A stretch of DNA of 40,000 nucleotides, taken from contig NZ_MKFI01000003.1 in assembly GCF_001982635.1 (NCBI RefSeq), positions 921,277-961,276 of the forward strand, in the 5' to 3' direction. The DNA comes from Bradyrhizobium mercantei. Lineage in GTDB: Bacteria > Pseudomonadota > Alphaproteobacteria > Rhizobiales > Xanthobacteraceae. Positions 14,407 to 23,369 of this stretch are shown piece by piece; position 1 is the first letter of the stretch, and every line of letters begins with the position of its first letter. The position numbers and the translations under genes are program-made. The notes below the pieces were generated by a model that was not told the DNA's origin, searched no databases, and saw only the letters and a program-made list of their open reading frames with translations.

Positions 14407-16812
14407 TCATAACCTCCTGAGGAACGAGAGGCCTCGCCAGGGCCAGAGTTCGGCAGGTGCGCACGAGGGGCGGCGCCAACCGGTGGCCACGCTCTGCATC
14501 GTCCTTTTGCTACGGCTGATACCCGTCGTAGCGACGGAATGGCCGACCAGGATCAGCAGGTCCTGGGCGCGACTGAAGGCGACAAAATATTTCCTGGTCA
14601 GGTCGTCGAAAGCGCGATCCTGTCCGGTCCGATTTCCCAGATCGATCTGCGAATATGGACGGAAGAAATCTTCCATCCGATGGACCCGATCGGGATCGGT
14701 AGGATAGCGCTTGAACGGCTTGGAGACCCTTCCGTCGCCGAGTTCCGAACCGACGTCGACGATTGTGACCGGAAACTCCAATCCCTTGGCCTGATGGATC
14801 GTCATGAAGTTGACCCGGTTGCGGGGCAATGTCTCGAGCAAGTCCTCCTCGACCTCGATCACATCGTCGGCGATCGGGGCGAACACGCGCCAGATCGCGT
14901 CGGCCACGCTGCGCGTCGCCAATTCGTCAGTGAGCGAACCCGGCGCGAAAATGAGTTCGCCCCGAAATCCGCGCAGGAGACTGGCCGCCGATACGGCGCG
15001 CATGATGGCTTCCAACCAAGCCAGATGCTCGACATCGTCCTGGAAAGCGGGAATCCAGGTGACCAGCTTGTAGAGCAGGTCACTCAAAGAGACATTTGTG
15101 TTGCCTCGCAGTGGCCGGGTCGCTCGGCGTCGCTGCCAGCTGTCGACGAATCTTCTCAGATTTGCCGGCCCGGAAACGAGAAAGGCGTCGGCGTCGTCGC
15201 GCCATCCGCGCAGTTCGCGCAACACCGGATCTCCTATTCTCTGCGAGCCCAATATCGAACCGTTGGGATCGAGACAAAGCAGCGCCAGGCCAAGGAGCCT
15301 GCGTACGGCCGCCTGCTTCTTTAGCGGCTGGCCTCGGGGATTGAAGACACCGATCGGCGGATCGAGCGCTTCGAGTTCGTCGCGTAAGAGGCGCGGGAAT
15401 CGTTCGGTGCCGCTTGCGCGGTATTCAGATGTCGAGTCGAATAGGATCGCGATATCTCCGGCCGATCCGCGTTCCGCGTCGAGAGCGATCGCGTGTCTTT
15501 GCCCTTCAGCGTCGGCAATCCGAATTCGGCCCCCGTTGACCAATCGGCCAATCAGTCCTGCAACTTCCTGGGCGAGCAATTGCTCGCCATCCTCGAACAT
15601 GCCGACGAGAGGTAGCTCGCCTTCATTGGCGGCGCCGTGCAGAAGCGCCGGCTTGCCGATCACGCGCGCCTGCTGAAAAATCACATCGGAGCGCACGAAG
15701 CTGTCCACGAGGCTCACAATATTTCTCGTCGATCGATAATTGAGATTCAGCGCTATTTCGGTTGCTTCGATTCTCACCCGATCCCGTGCGCGCCCGCGAA
15801 AGCCGGCGAAAAGCTCCACGGTGGCGCCGCGGAAGCGATACAGCGACTGGTCGTCGTCGCCGACGACACAGATCGATCCGCCGTTGTCGCGCGCCGCGGC
15901 GGCCAACGCGAAATAGATGCTCTCCTGCAGATAGTTCGTGTCTTGATATTCGTCGACCAAGACGAACCGGACGGTCGCAAGGAAGTCGTTCATCCGGCCG
16001 GAGCCGAGCGCCTCGAGAAAGTACTCGTTGAGACCTGCGAAATCGAAGATCTCCCGCTCGCGCATGACAGCCTCGAACGTCTCGATCGCTTCCAGCGCCC
16101 GCGACAGACCCACGCTGACGTCGTCGGCGCCGCGGCCGGCGCCGGCCAAAAGCGCGGCGCGGTCGACGCGATCGTTTATGAGGCGTTCGCGGATTTCGAC
16201 GAGGGCGGCGGCACGACCGCCGAAGCCGAGCAGGCCGCCGTAGGTATTAAATCCCAGCGATTCGAGAAACGCGCATAGCCTCCTCGACCTTGCCGCGGCC
16301 GTTGGGCGGACGCCTTCAGCCATCATCAGAGCGGCGAAGACGTGCGTATCCACCGGTGTCGGTCGAGGCGCTCCGGCAGCCCTGAATTCATTGAGGAGGT
16401 CCTGAGCGATGCTGTCGATCGTCCCGACCCGCAACTGGTTGAAATCCAGCCTCTCGAAGCGAAGGGGTGCAGGGCGCCGGGAGCGCAGGACGCGCGCGCG
16501 TATGTTCTCGCCCCACTCGATAATTCTGCTCCGCAGGACCGCGGCGGCTCGACGTGTGAAGGTCGTGGCGACGATTTCGAGCGGATCGAGGCCGTCTACG
16601 TAGATGAGCTTCAGGATCCGAAGAGCCGATGCGGTCGTCTTTCCGCTGCCTGGGCCGGCGATGACGAAAAGGGACCTGTCGACCGTTGCGGAGACGATGC
16701 CAACCTGTCCATCGTTCAGGCCGCCTTCGCGTCCCACATTCCTCGCGCTAAGAGGAACTCTTGCCACCGCCATCGCATGGTCGCAAAAGTCCTCCCATGT
16801 CAACGTAGTCAC
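14407..16812 (-). CDS. UvrD/Rep/PcrA-type SF1 DNA helicase
   Basis: - Motif I: FVIAGPGSGKTT.
- Motif II: FVLVDEYQDTN.
- Motif III region: VVGDDDQSLYRFRGA.
- Motif V: MTIHQAKGLEFP.
- Motif VI: YVAFSRAQDLLILVG.
- The GTG start at 16812 has GAGGGGGA 6-7 nt upstream. Confidence 0.9.
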   Translation of the reverse strand: MTTLTWEDFCDHAMAVARVPLSARNVGREGGLNDGQVGIVSATVDRSLFVIAGPGSGKTTASALRILKLIYVDGLDPLEIVATTFTRRAAAVLRSRIIEWGENIRARVLRSRRPAPLRFERLDFNQLRVGTIDSIAQDLLNEFRAAGAPRPTPVDTHVFAALMMAEGVRPTAAARSRRLCAFLESLGFNTYGGLLGFGGRAAALVEIRERLINDRVDRAALLAGAGRGADDVSVGLSRALEAIETFEAVMREREIFDFAGLNEYFLEALGSGRMNDFLATVRFVLVDEYQDTNYLQESIYFALAAAARDNGGSICVVGDDDQSLYRFRGATVELFAGFRGRARDRVRIEATEIALNLNYRSTRNIVSLVDSFVRSDVIFQQARVIGKPALLHGAANEGELPLVGMFEDGEQLLAQEVAGLIGRLVNGGRIRIADAEGQRHAIALDAERGSAGDIAILFDSTSEYRASGTERFPRLLRDELEALDPPIGVFNPRGQPLKKQAAVRRLLGLALLCLDPNGSILGSQRIGDPVLRELRGWRDDADAFLVSGPANLRRFVDSWQRRRATRPLRGNTNVSLSDLLYKLVTWIPAFQDDVEHLAWLEAIMRAVSAASLLRGFRGELIFAPGSLTDELATRSVADAIWRVFAPIADDVIEVEEDLLETLPRNRVNFMTIHQAKGLEFPVTIVDVGSELGDGRVSKPFKRYPTDPDRVHRMEDFFRPYSQIDLGNRTGQDRAFDDLTRKYFVAFSRAQDLLILVGHSVATTGISRSKRTMQSVATGWRRPSCAPAELWPWRGLSFLRRL

Positions 16813-17090
16813 CTGCGATCCCCCTCAGCCCCCGCCGTGCTGGCGATCCTCTCTGCGCCGCAACTTATGTTAGAGCAGCTATAGCGGGACCCTTCGATTT
16901 CGTCGATGCTGGAAGCGCGCGAACGGGAGTAGCGTTGAATCATACTTAAGTTCGTACGGAACGGACCGAGTATCGCGGCGGCCAGCGAATCGCCAATGTA
17001 GGACCGCGATCGGGTTCGGCTCGCTTCGCCGGGCCGTCCGGCTATCTCCTCCGCGCCGGAATTTTCGCCTCCCTCAGCGATATCGCCCGG

Positions 17091-17130
17091 TTCGGACCGT
17101 GTTGAAGCAATTCGGACCGTGTCGAAGCAA
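17091..17130. repeat. tandem direct repeat, 2 x 20 bp (TTCGGACCGTGTTGAAGCAA / TTCGGACCGTGTCGAAGCAA)
   Basis: I read this directly from the sequence; the two copies differ at one position. It sits about 280-320 nt upstream of the helicase start, in a 920-nt stretch without convincing genes. Confidence 0.9.
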
Positions 17131-17734
17131 TAAAGCCTGCGATTACAGACGACCCGAGTCTGCCCTGCGCATGATCGCGTTCGGCGATCCCGCGAGGAGA
17201 AGTGCGCGCTGAAGACCAAGATCCGGCACGCCCTCAAGGCCGCCGAGGTGCGGGAGGGAGGGCGTCTTACAGCCTGCGAGGTTCCGATAGTTTGGTGATA
17301 TGCGAATACAATAATCATGTGCTGCGCATCACGTTAGGGCGACAGGCGGACGCGCCAGGTCGAGCGAAATGTCCGAGAAGCGTGCGTCCTGGATCGTCCA
17401 CCACTCGATCAGCAATCGGATGCGGACCGTGTTCGGCACATTGCTTTCGCATGACCGTAGGCTCGCGCACACTCTGATCGGACACGTCGCAGAGCGATGG
17501 ACCAGATAGTGGCGGAGTGACAGCCCGGTCTTCACGAGATCGATGATGTCGTTCGTGCTTGCCTTGCCGCCTTATTCGTCGTGTCCGTCGCGATGGCGTT
17601 GGGCACGAGTGATGACGAATTCGTCAAAATCGGACCCACTCTTAACCCACCCGAACTGGTAGTGTCCCGTAAATCGCTAGTGCCGTAGCAGTGCTAAGGG
17701 ACCTGACGCATCACAATAGGACCAAGACGCGGCA

Positions 17735-18424
17735 ATGACGAGCGTAGTCGACCTGCTGCACATATCGCGCTTCATTAACAGCTATGACGCTGCCGCCGCC
17801 CAAAAAGGCATCAAGCTTTCGTTGGGAGTCGATTTTCACGAGTATATCTCGATTACGCGGGCGACTGCAACGAAGGGGCCTACATATCCGAATTTCCGGC
17901 CGGACCGCTCGCCAATTGGATCAGGCGAGGGATTTTGGATGGTCGGCGTCGACAAGAACAATGACGTTGCGGTCCTGCAGGCCGTTCGACTGTACGATCT
18001 TTCGCGCAGCAACTTTGCAGAGCATCTTCAATCCCTGAAAGCGTTCTACGCCGATCCGGACAAACATGCCCATCCAGAGGATGAGTGCACTTGTGCGGCA
18101 CCAATTGCGAGGAAGATGTCTGGCAAAGTAGCGTATCACGGCGATGGTTGGGTGCGCAGAGACTTCAGAGGTTCGGGCATACCCGAGATTATGGGAGGAA
18201 TGGCATTCGGCGTGTCCTTCGCCATGTGGGCTCCTGATTTCGTCTGTGGATTGGTAGCGCGCTGGCTAATCGATAAGGGCGTTGTTTCACAGTACGGATA
18301 TGCTCACCATGAGAGAGCCGGCTCGATCTTGCGGCTGGTGGAAGAGGAAATTGTCGACGATGATTGGCTGATATGGCTGACCGGGGAAGAGTTGAGGAGC
18401 CGTGTTGTTCCGCCAGGAGAATGA
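17735..18424 (+). CDS. hypothetical protein (229 aa)
   Basis: The ORF is clean with a coding-like codon pattern. Local GC is lower than in the flanks. I recognised no motif. Confidence 0.6.
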   Translation: MTSVVDLLHISRFINSYDAAAAQKGIKLSLGVDFHEYISITRATATKGPTYPNFRPDRSPIGSGEGFWMVGVDKNNDVAVLQAVRLYDLSRSNFAEHLQSLKAFYADPDKHAHPEDECTCAAPIARKMSGKVAYHGDGWVRRDFRGSGIPEIMGGMAFGVSFAMWAPDFVCGLVARWLIDKGVVSQYGYAHHERAGSILRLVEEEIVDDDWLIWLTGEELRSRVVPPGE

Positions 18425-18713
18425 CGGGCTGATGTTGGCGACGTAACCGTTGCCGGCGCAGCGAATAAACTCGACACGAGGTTGAATTTGGCCGATCCTC
18501 GCCACAAAGATGATTGTCTGGGACGTCGCATTTAGGTCTCTTATCTTAGAGCTTGCAGTCTGACTAAACATGCCTGGATGCGCTGAGGGGGCGGAGAGCG
18601 CCGGTTGCCGCGCCCGCTACTTTGAATCGTAAATCATTTGATCGATGATCCCGAGGGACGCCCAGATTGCGACCTTGAACTGCTATGGGCCGATCGATGC
18701 GCGAGAGGAAAAC

Positions 18714-19394
18714 ATGTCAACGACTGAACTTCCGACGCGCGAGGTGCCGCTCAATCCGGGGCAGTCCGCATTAATGTTCATCGACGTGCAGAACTTTTGC
18801 ATCCGACGCGATGGCGGCGAGTTCAAGGATGTGTCGGACGACGACATCGCCGGCAAGCACGGCTATTATTTCGATCGCTTGAACAGCATTGCCATACCCA
18901 ACATGCTGAGGCTGCAGGCTGCCTTTCGTGCGGCAAGAATAGAAGTACTTTACACGACGATTGAGAGCCTCACACGGGATGGTCGCGATCGCGGCCAGAA
19001 CTACAAGATCGTGGGCTTCAACGTCCCAAGAGGTTCATGGGACGGCAAGGTCATTGACGAGCTTGCGCCGGGCGATGACGAAATTGTGCTGCCGAAATCG
19101 TCCTCGAGCGTCTTTATATCCACCAATATCGATTACCTGCTGCGCAATCTCGGCGCAAAACAGCTGGTATTGGCTGGGGTGGTTACCGACGAGTGCGTGG
19201 AATCCGCTGTGCGTGACGCTTGCGACCTCGGTTACCTGGTGACGCTCGTGCCAGATGCTTGCGCGACCTACAGCCAGGAGCGCCAGGACAATAGTTTGCG
19301 GGTGATCGAGGGGTATTGCCGCCGAGTGTACACAAACGACCTGATTGAGGAGGTCGGTGCTGCTTGCCAAGTTGTCTTGAGCAAAAAATCTTAG
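18714..19394 (+). CDS. isochorismatase-family (cysteine) hydrolase
   Basis: The family motifs are ALMFIDVQNFC, LPKSSSSVF and LVLAGVVTDECVESAVRDACDLGY, giving the Asp/Lys/Cys triad context. I trimmed the start to ATG 18714, which is preceded by GAGAGGAA. Confidence 0.85.
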   Translation: MSTTELPTREVPLNPGQSALMFIDVQNFCIRRDGGEFKDVSDDDIAGKHGYYFDRLNSIAIPNMLRLQAAFRAARIEVLYTTIESLTRDGRDRGQNYKIVGFNVPRGSWDGKVIDELAPGDDEIVLPKSSSSVFISTNIDYLLRNLGAKQLVLAGVVTDECVESAVRDACDLGYLVTLVPDACATYSQERQDNSLRVIEGYCRRVYTNDLIEEVGAACQVVLSKKS

Positions 19395-19523
19395 CTGCTC
19401 ATCTCTACTCATGCCGACCGTAAGTCACTGACCCTTCTTGAATTTCCGGAAAATCTGTACTTCATAGCTGCTCGTCTTTTCTCGGCACTACACCACGCAT
19501 TCCCGAGCAAAAAGCGAGCAAAA

Positions 19524-19703
19524 ATGTTCATCATCCATTTCACTGACATCACCATTCGCTCTCTCAAAGAGGGCAACTTCTATGACGACAAGACACCAGG
19601 CTTCGGCATCCGCATCGGCAAGCAGCGTAAGACATGGCATGTCGTCAAGCAGCCGTCGCGCACGAAGGTGACGATTGCCGCCCCAGTTGCCGGATCGCTG
19701 TAA
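19524..19703 (+). pseudogene. tyrosine integrase, N-terminal (arm-binding) fragment
   Basis: My own translation: MFIIHFTDITIRSLKEGNFYDDKTPGFGIRIGKQRKTWHVVKQPSRTKVTI. This has the typical LTD..IRSLK....Y.D...PGFG.R.G...KTW start of integrases. The frame then terminates after about 59 codons. Confidence 0.6.
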
Positions 19704-19831
19704 GCGACGCTTTTGGCGGAGAGTAGCGCGTTCTTGAAAGCTGCCGGGGTCGAGATGTCTGGCTTGGCAGCCCCGTGCTTCACTGCGACCGCGATACCCG
19801 AACTTGCGAAGACAGCATCTGTATACGCCAT
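19580..19831 (-). pseudogene. periplasmic solute-binding protein fragment (ModA/PBP-like)
   Basis: The segment YTDAVFASSGIAVAVKHGAAKPDISTPAAFKNALLSAKSVAYSDPATGA reads like the middle of an ABC substrate-binding protein. Homology appears to end near 19683, exactly where the plus-strand integrase fragment ends. Confidence 0.4.
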
Positions 19832-20167
19832 GAAGCGGTTGCCAAGCTACTCTCCGTTCGCTCGGTGAGGATCCTGTGCTGTCGCGCAGCTGCTCAAATA
19901 TTTCACTTGCAAAATTTGCAGCATCGGGCTCGAGAATGCTGCTCAGGTCGGAGCGTAACTTCATCCGGACGAAATACTCAGAGGTCACCTTGAGCCGTTT
20001 TGCTGGTTGCAAACTGACTCCTCTTTTGATGTGTCCGTCTATGACGCTTTCTGAGACGCTCTCTGTTGCGACCTTTGGGAGCAAGTGGTCGGTCGCGTCG
20101 GCGTTGTCTGCCCTGTCCGTCGCCTGACTCCTTGCTTGCGCGGTCTTCCGTCTGGCCCGAAGTTACG

Positions 20168-20198
20168 TTCCATATGCATTCACTATGCTTCCATATGC
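20168..20198 (+). promoter_or_regulatory. candidate operator: two TTCCATATGC copies spaced 21 bp start to start, with nested palindromes
   Basis: TTCCATATGC occurs at 20168-20177 and again at 20189-20198. CATATG, ATGCAT and GCAT-N5-ATGC dyads lie in between. The site is in an AT-richer stretch about 230 nt upstream of the first T3SS gene. Confidence 0.25.
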
Positions 20199-20426
20199 GA
20201 ACGGTATTTCCACTCGATCGTGCCGCGGACTAGAACCGTTGAAGCAGCTAATCCTGAGCGGCGGCCTGCTGGAAGGCAGAGCTTTATCCGAATGCTGATG
20301 ACGCGCTCAGCGGCATCAGAAGTGGTGGCCAAAACACCCCGCAGCAGGTGCAACTCTTCGGTGAAAGCCTTATTGCATTCTGGCGGATGAGGCGGGCTTA
20401 AAGCGGTGTAAGGACTATTCGTCGTT

Positions 20427-20849
20427 ATGTCTGATTTGGTCCCGTTTGCCGCGCCGGAAAGCCGACGCCGCCTTCTGCGGTGCCTGACCGAGATTGCGTT
20501 TCTGGCCTGTCTTAAAAGCGACGTGGAGCGAGCGAGGCGGATTGCCAAGGGAATTGGTGTGGTTGCTCCAGGCGGTCGGGAGGCCGTCATCGCTTGCGTG
20601 CTCGTCGATCTATTGGCAGGTGACGTTGAAGCAGCGCTGGAGCGCCTCGATCCTCTTGCCCGCGCGAATGATCCCTATGGAATGGCATTTCAGGCGCTGG
20701 TGCTTGAGATTGTTGGCCGCTTAAGCGAGCGGGATGCTGTGCTTCGGCGTCTTCCTCGCGGCGATCTGGCGCTCGACGGGCTTTTTGCGGCACTAGGTGG
20801 TGCAGCGAAGGTACATACAGGAGGTTCAGTCAATGAGCGGTGTGAATGA
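20427..20849 (+). CDS. T3SS-associated helical-repeat protein, YscG/PscG-like needle co-chaperone candidate
   Basis: This 140-aa protein is the first gene of the T3SS operon. Its all-helical, TPR-like pattern (LLRCLTEIAFLACL...EAVIACVLVDLLAGDVEAALERLDPLA...PYGMAFQALVLEIVG) resembles YscG as I recall it. Confidence 0.4.
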   Translation: MSDLVPFAAPESRRRLLRCLTEIAFLACLKSDVERARRIAKGIGVVAPGGREAVIACVLVDLLAGDVEAALERLDPLARANDPYGMAFQALVLEIVGRLSERDAVLRRLPRGDLALDGLFAALGGAAKVHTGGSVNERCE

Positions 20850-21264
20850 GGTCGTGGCGCTACTTGAGGCCGTGTCGCCGGCGAGCGGGAGGCCGGCGGC
20901 ATCAAGGGCGCCGAGTGACTCGGTCGAGGCCTTTCGTGCGGCCCTCGAGCGGCCGGTGCCATCATCACCGAATGATGATCCCGCAGCGGTCACTGGTCTT
21001 GGCTCCAGCGAGGAGGGGCTTATTGGTCGCGTCCGGGTGGCTGACGATATCCTTGGTGGAATGGATAAACTAAGCGCATCTTTCGGCGATGCCGCGAAAG
21101 TCGCGGCCGGGGTCGCGGAAAGCCATACTTCCGGCGAGTTCAGCTCGACTGAGTGGCTGAACGCGCAGTCCGCCCTGTCAGCCCTGACTCTGCAATACGA
21201 TATCGCGTCGAAAGTGGTTGGGAAGGCCGTGCAAAGCCTAGATACTCTCCTGAAGAGCCAGTGA
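20833..21264 (+). CDS. sctI: T3SS inner rod protein (YscI/HrpB-type)
   Basis: I trimmed the start to ATG 20833, which has AGGAGG upstream. The C-terminus LTLQYDIASKVVGKAVQSLDTLLKSQ is typical of SctI. The gene lies immediately before sctJ. Confidence 0.6.
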   Translation: MSGVNEVVALLEAVSPASGRPAASRAPSDSVEAFRAALERPVPSSPNDDPAAVTGLGSSEEGLIGRVRVADDILGGMDKLSASFGDAAKVAAGVAESHTSGEFSSTEWLNAQSALSALTLQYDIASKVVGKAVQSLDTLLKSQ

Positions 21265-21284
21265 ACAACCGTGATGCGAGCGTG

Positions 21285-22046
21285 ATGTTGGTGTTGAAGC
21301 GCGCATTGATTCTTTTGGCGACACTCGCGTTGACGGGCTGCGGAGCAAAGATCGAGCTTTATCGCAATCTTCCGGCGCATGACGCCAACGACATGCTCGC
21401 GTTGCTGATGCGGCACGGCATCGATGCCGAGCGGGTGCCCGAGCACAACGGAGCGGCCTCCCTGATTGTTTCGACGAAAGACGTGCCGCGTGCCATGGGT
21501 GTACTGGATGGCGCCGGATTGCCTCGCGATCGGCTTGCCGACTTGGGCACCCTCTTCAAGAAAGAGGGTATGTTGTCATCGCCAACGGAGGAGCGTGTGC
21601 GATTCATCCATGGCACGACGCAGGAATTATCGGAGACGCTCTCCAGGATCGATGGCGTGTTCAGTGCCCGCGTCCATGCCGTCCTGCCCGAAAATACGAT
21701 CGACGATCGCGTCCCACCTGCTCCCTCAACTGCTGCTGTATTGGTCCGCTATAAGGCTGGTACTGCCGTTGATCAGATCGTACCGAAGATCAAGGAGTTG
21801 GTCGCAAATAGCTTGAAGGGCGTATCGTACGACGGCGTCTCGGTTACGCTCGTCGAGGCAAGTCAAAGCGATAGCGGCTTGCCGCCACTTGATGCGCCTC
21901 CCGTCGCCGCCGAGGCCAGCGCTCGGCTCTATCTCCTGGTCGGACTCGTGGCTGGGCTGGTGATATCGCTAATCTGCAATGCAGCTCTTGCCTTTCTCGT
22001 GTGGCGGAAGCGAGTGAGCCACACAACAAATCCTGCGGCGCCATAG
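21285..22046 (+). CDS. sctJ: T3SS inner-membrane ring lipoprotein
   Basis: The lipobox is LLATLALTGCG. The family sequence IELYRNLPAHDANDMLALLMRHGIDAER follows, and there is a C-terminal TM helix. An alternative GTG start at 21261 would overlap the sctI stop. Confidence 0.85.
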   Translation: MLVLKRALILLATLALTGCGAKIELYRNLPAHDANDMLALLMRHGIDAERVPEHNGAASLIVSTKDVPRAMGVLDGAGLPRDRLADLGTLFKKEGMLSSPTEERVRFIHGTTQELSETLSRIDGVFSARVHAVLPENTIDDRVPPAPSTAAVLVRYKAGTAVDQIVPKIKELVANSLKGVSYDGVSVTLVEASQSDSGLPPLDAPPVAAEASARLYLLVGLVAGLVISLICNAALAFLVWRKRVSHTTNPAAP

Positions 22047-22050
22047 ATCG

Positions 22051-22767
22051 ATGCAAGCGAGCAATCCCGCGATGATCGCGACAGAATCGGCGGCAATTTC
22101 GGACAGCTGGCTTCACAGGCCGTGGGCCGGAGCGATGATGCGCTGCATCGCCGATCCCGCGGCCGACTTCGATGATGCTATAGCCAAGGATTGGCCGGAA
22201 TGGTTGCCGCGGGATCCTGCACGGGCAGATTCGTTCATCCGAATGAGACTTGGAAGTCGGCTGCTTCGCGATCAAGATAGGGGGGCGTCGGCCATCATCT
22301 CCGCTGGCCATGCGCCGCGGACGCGGCTCGCATTTTTGCCGGTATCGGACGCCGTGCGCCTCATGTGCCTTGCCGCGGCGTGGACCGGGGTGCCGAGTCT
22401 TGTCGGGCAACTTCGCAACGCCGATGTCGTTGCAGCGCGTTCCGTCCTCGGAGAAGACGCCTTCGCGTTCGCTTTCGATGCCGCGCTGCTGCCACGACCG
22501 ACCGCCGGACTGATGTCGGCTATCGGTGCTTCCAAGCTGCCGACCGGGCCTGCTGAACTGCTCCACTGCGCAGCTGCGATGTTCGGCCTCGCAATGGGCT
22601 GCATCCCGCATGCACTGCAGGTACGACTGAGATTACGCAGCCCTGCGTCGATCTGGACGGTGTCGGCTAACGCCTGTCGCAACGACAGTGCTGGAGAGGA
22701 CGCCTTTCATGCGATGCGGCGGTTGGTCCGCAAAAGGATGGCCCCATGGTCGCACTGGTTCGATTGA
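22051..22767 (+). CDS. sctK: T3SS sorting-platform protein candidate (SctK/NolU position)
   Basis: The call rests on the 238-aa size and on synteny between sctJ and sctL. I recognised no diagnostic motif. Confidence 0.45.
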   Translation: MQASNPAMIATESAAISDSWLHRPWAGAMMRCIADPAADFDDAIAKDWPEWLPRDPARADSFIRMRLGSRLLRDQDRGASAIISAGHAPRTRLAFLPVSDAVRLMCLAAAWTGVPSLVGQLRNADVVAARSVLGEDAFAFAFDAALLPRPTAGLMSAIGASKLPTGPAELLHCAAAMFGLAMGCIPHALQVRLRLRSPASIWTVSANACRNDSAGEDAFHAMRRLVRKRMAPWSHWFD

Positions 22768-23369
22768 CGTCCGAGACGATCAGTGTTCTCGGACCAGGGC
22801 AAATCTTGCCGGCGGCAAGCGCGCAGGCACTCCTGCACGCCGAGCAACTGCTGACCCAGGCGCAGCGCGATGCAGAGGCGCTTGTTGAGGAAGCGCGCAT
22901 GTCCGCGAGCAGGATTGAAGCGGCCGCCAGAGAAGCCGGGCTCAAGGAAGCGCAAGTGACAATTCAACAGCGCTTGGCCGCAATCGCCGTAGAGTCGCTG
23001 CGGGTCATGGAGCAAAACAAGGAAAGGATCGTGGACCTCGGCCTGCAGATCGCCCGCCGGATCATCGACACGACGGCACCAGACGAGACCGCGGTGCAGA
23101 TCGCACTGCGAAGCCTGCGAGTCGTGGGCCATAGCCCTGTCGTTCGGCTGCGAGTGGCACCGTCGCTGGTCGAGACGGTTCGCGGGCGGGTCGACGAGAT
23201 AGTCCCGGCGGTCACGTCACGCGCAGTCGTCGAAGTGATTTCTGATCCGCGGATCAATGATGCCGGGTGTATTCTTGAGACCGATGCCGGACTGGTCGAC
23301 GCGACGATCGAAAGCCAGCTGACATTGATCGAAAGCGGCCTTCGCAAAAGCCTGGAGGCGTCGAAGTGA
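22746..23369 (+). CDS. sctL: T3SS stator protein (HrpE/YscL/FliH family)
   Basis: A coiled-coil N-terminal half ([32 protein letters not shown]) is followed by the family core [11 protein letters not shown]...[14 protein letters not shown]. The stop overlaps the sctN GTG start (GTGA). Confidence 0.8.
   Translation: MVALVRLTSETISVLGPGQILPAASAQALLHAEQLLTQAQRDAEALVEEARMSASRIEAAAREAGLKEAQVTIQQRLAAIAVESLRVMEQNKERIVDLGLQIARRIIDTTAPDETAVQIALRSLRVVGHSPVVRLRVAPSLVETVRGRVDEIVPAVTSRAVVEVISDPRINDAGCILETDAGLVDATIESQLTLIESGLRKSLEASK

Noticed and set aside
16809-17318. A 169-aa minus-strand ORF overlaps the helicase start region.
   Set aside because: Its composition is Arg/Ser-rich, it has no motifs, and it spans the tandem repeat and apparent non-coding DNA. 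It is probably a chance ORF in high-GC sequence.
17329-17535. A 68-aa minus-strand ORF (…IIDLVKTGLSLRHYLVHRS…RLLIEWWTIQDARFSDISLDL) could be a transposase or toxin fragment.
   Set aside because: I could not assign any family from memory, and the ORF is short with an unclear start. It is left unannotated.
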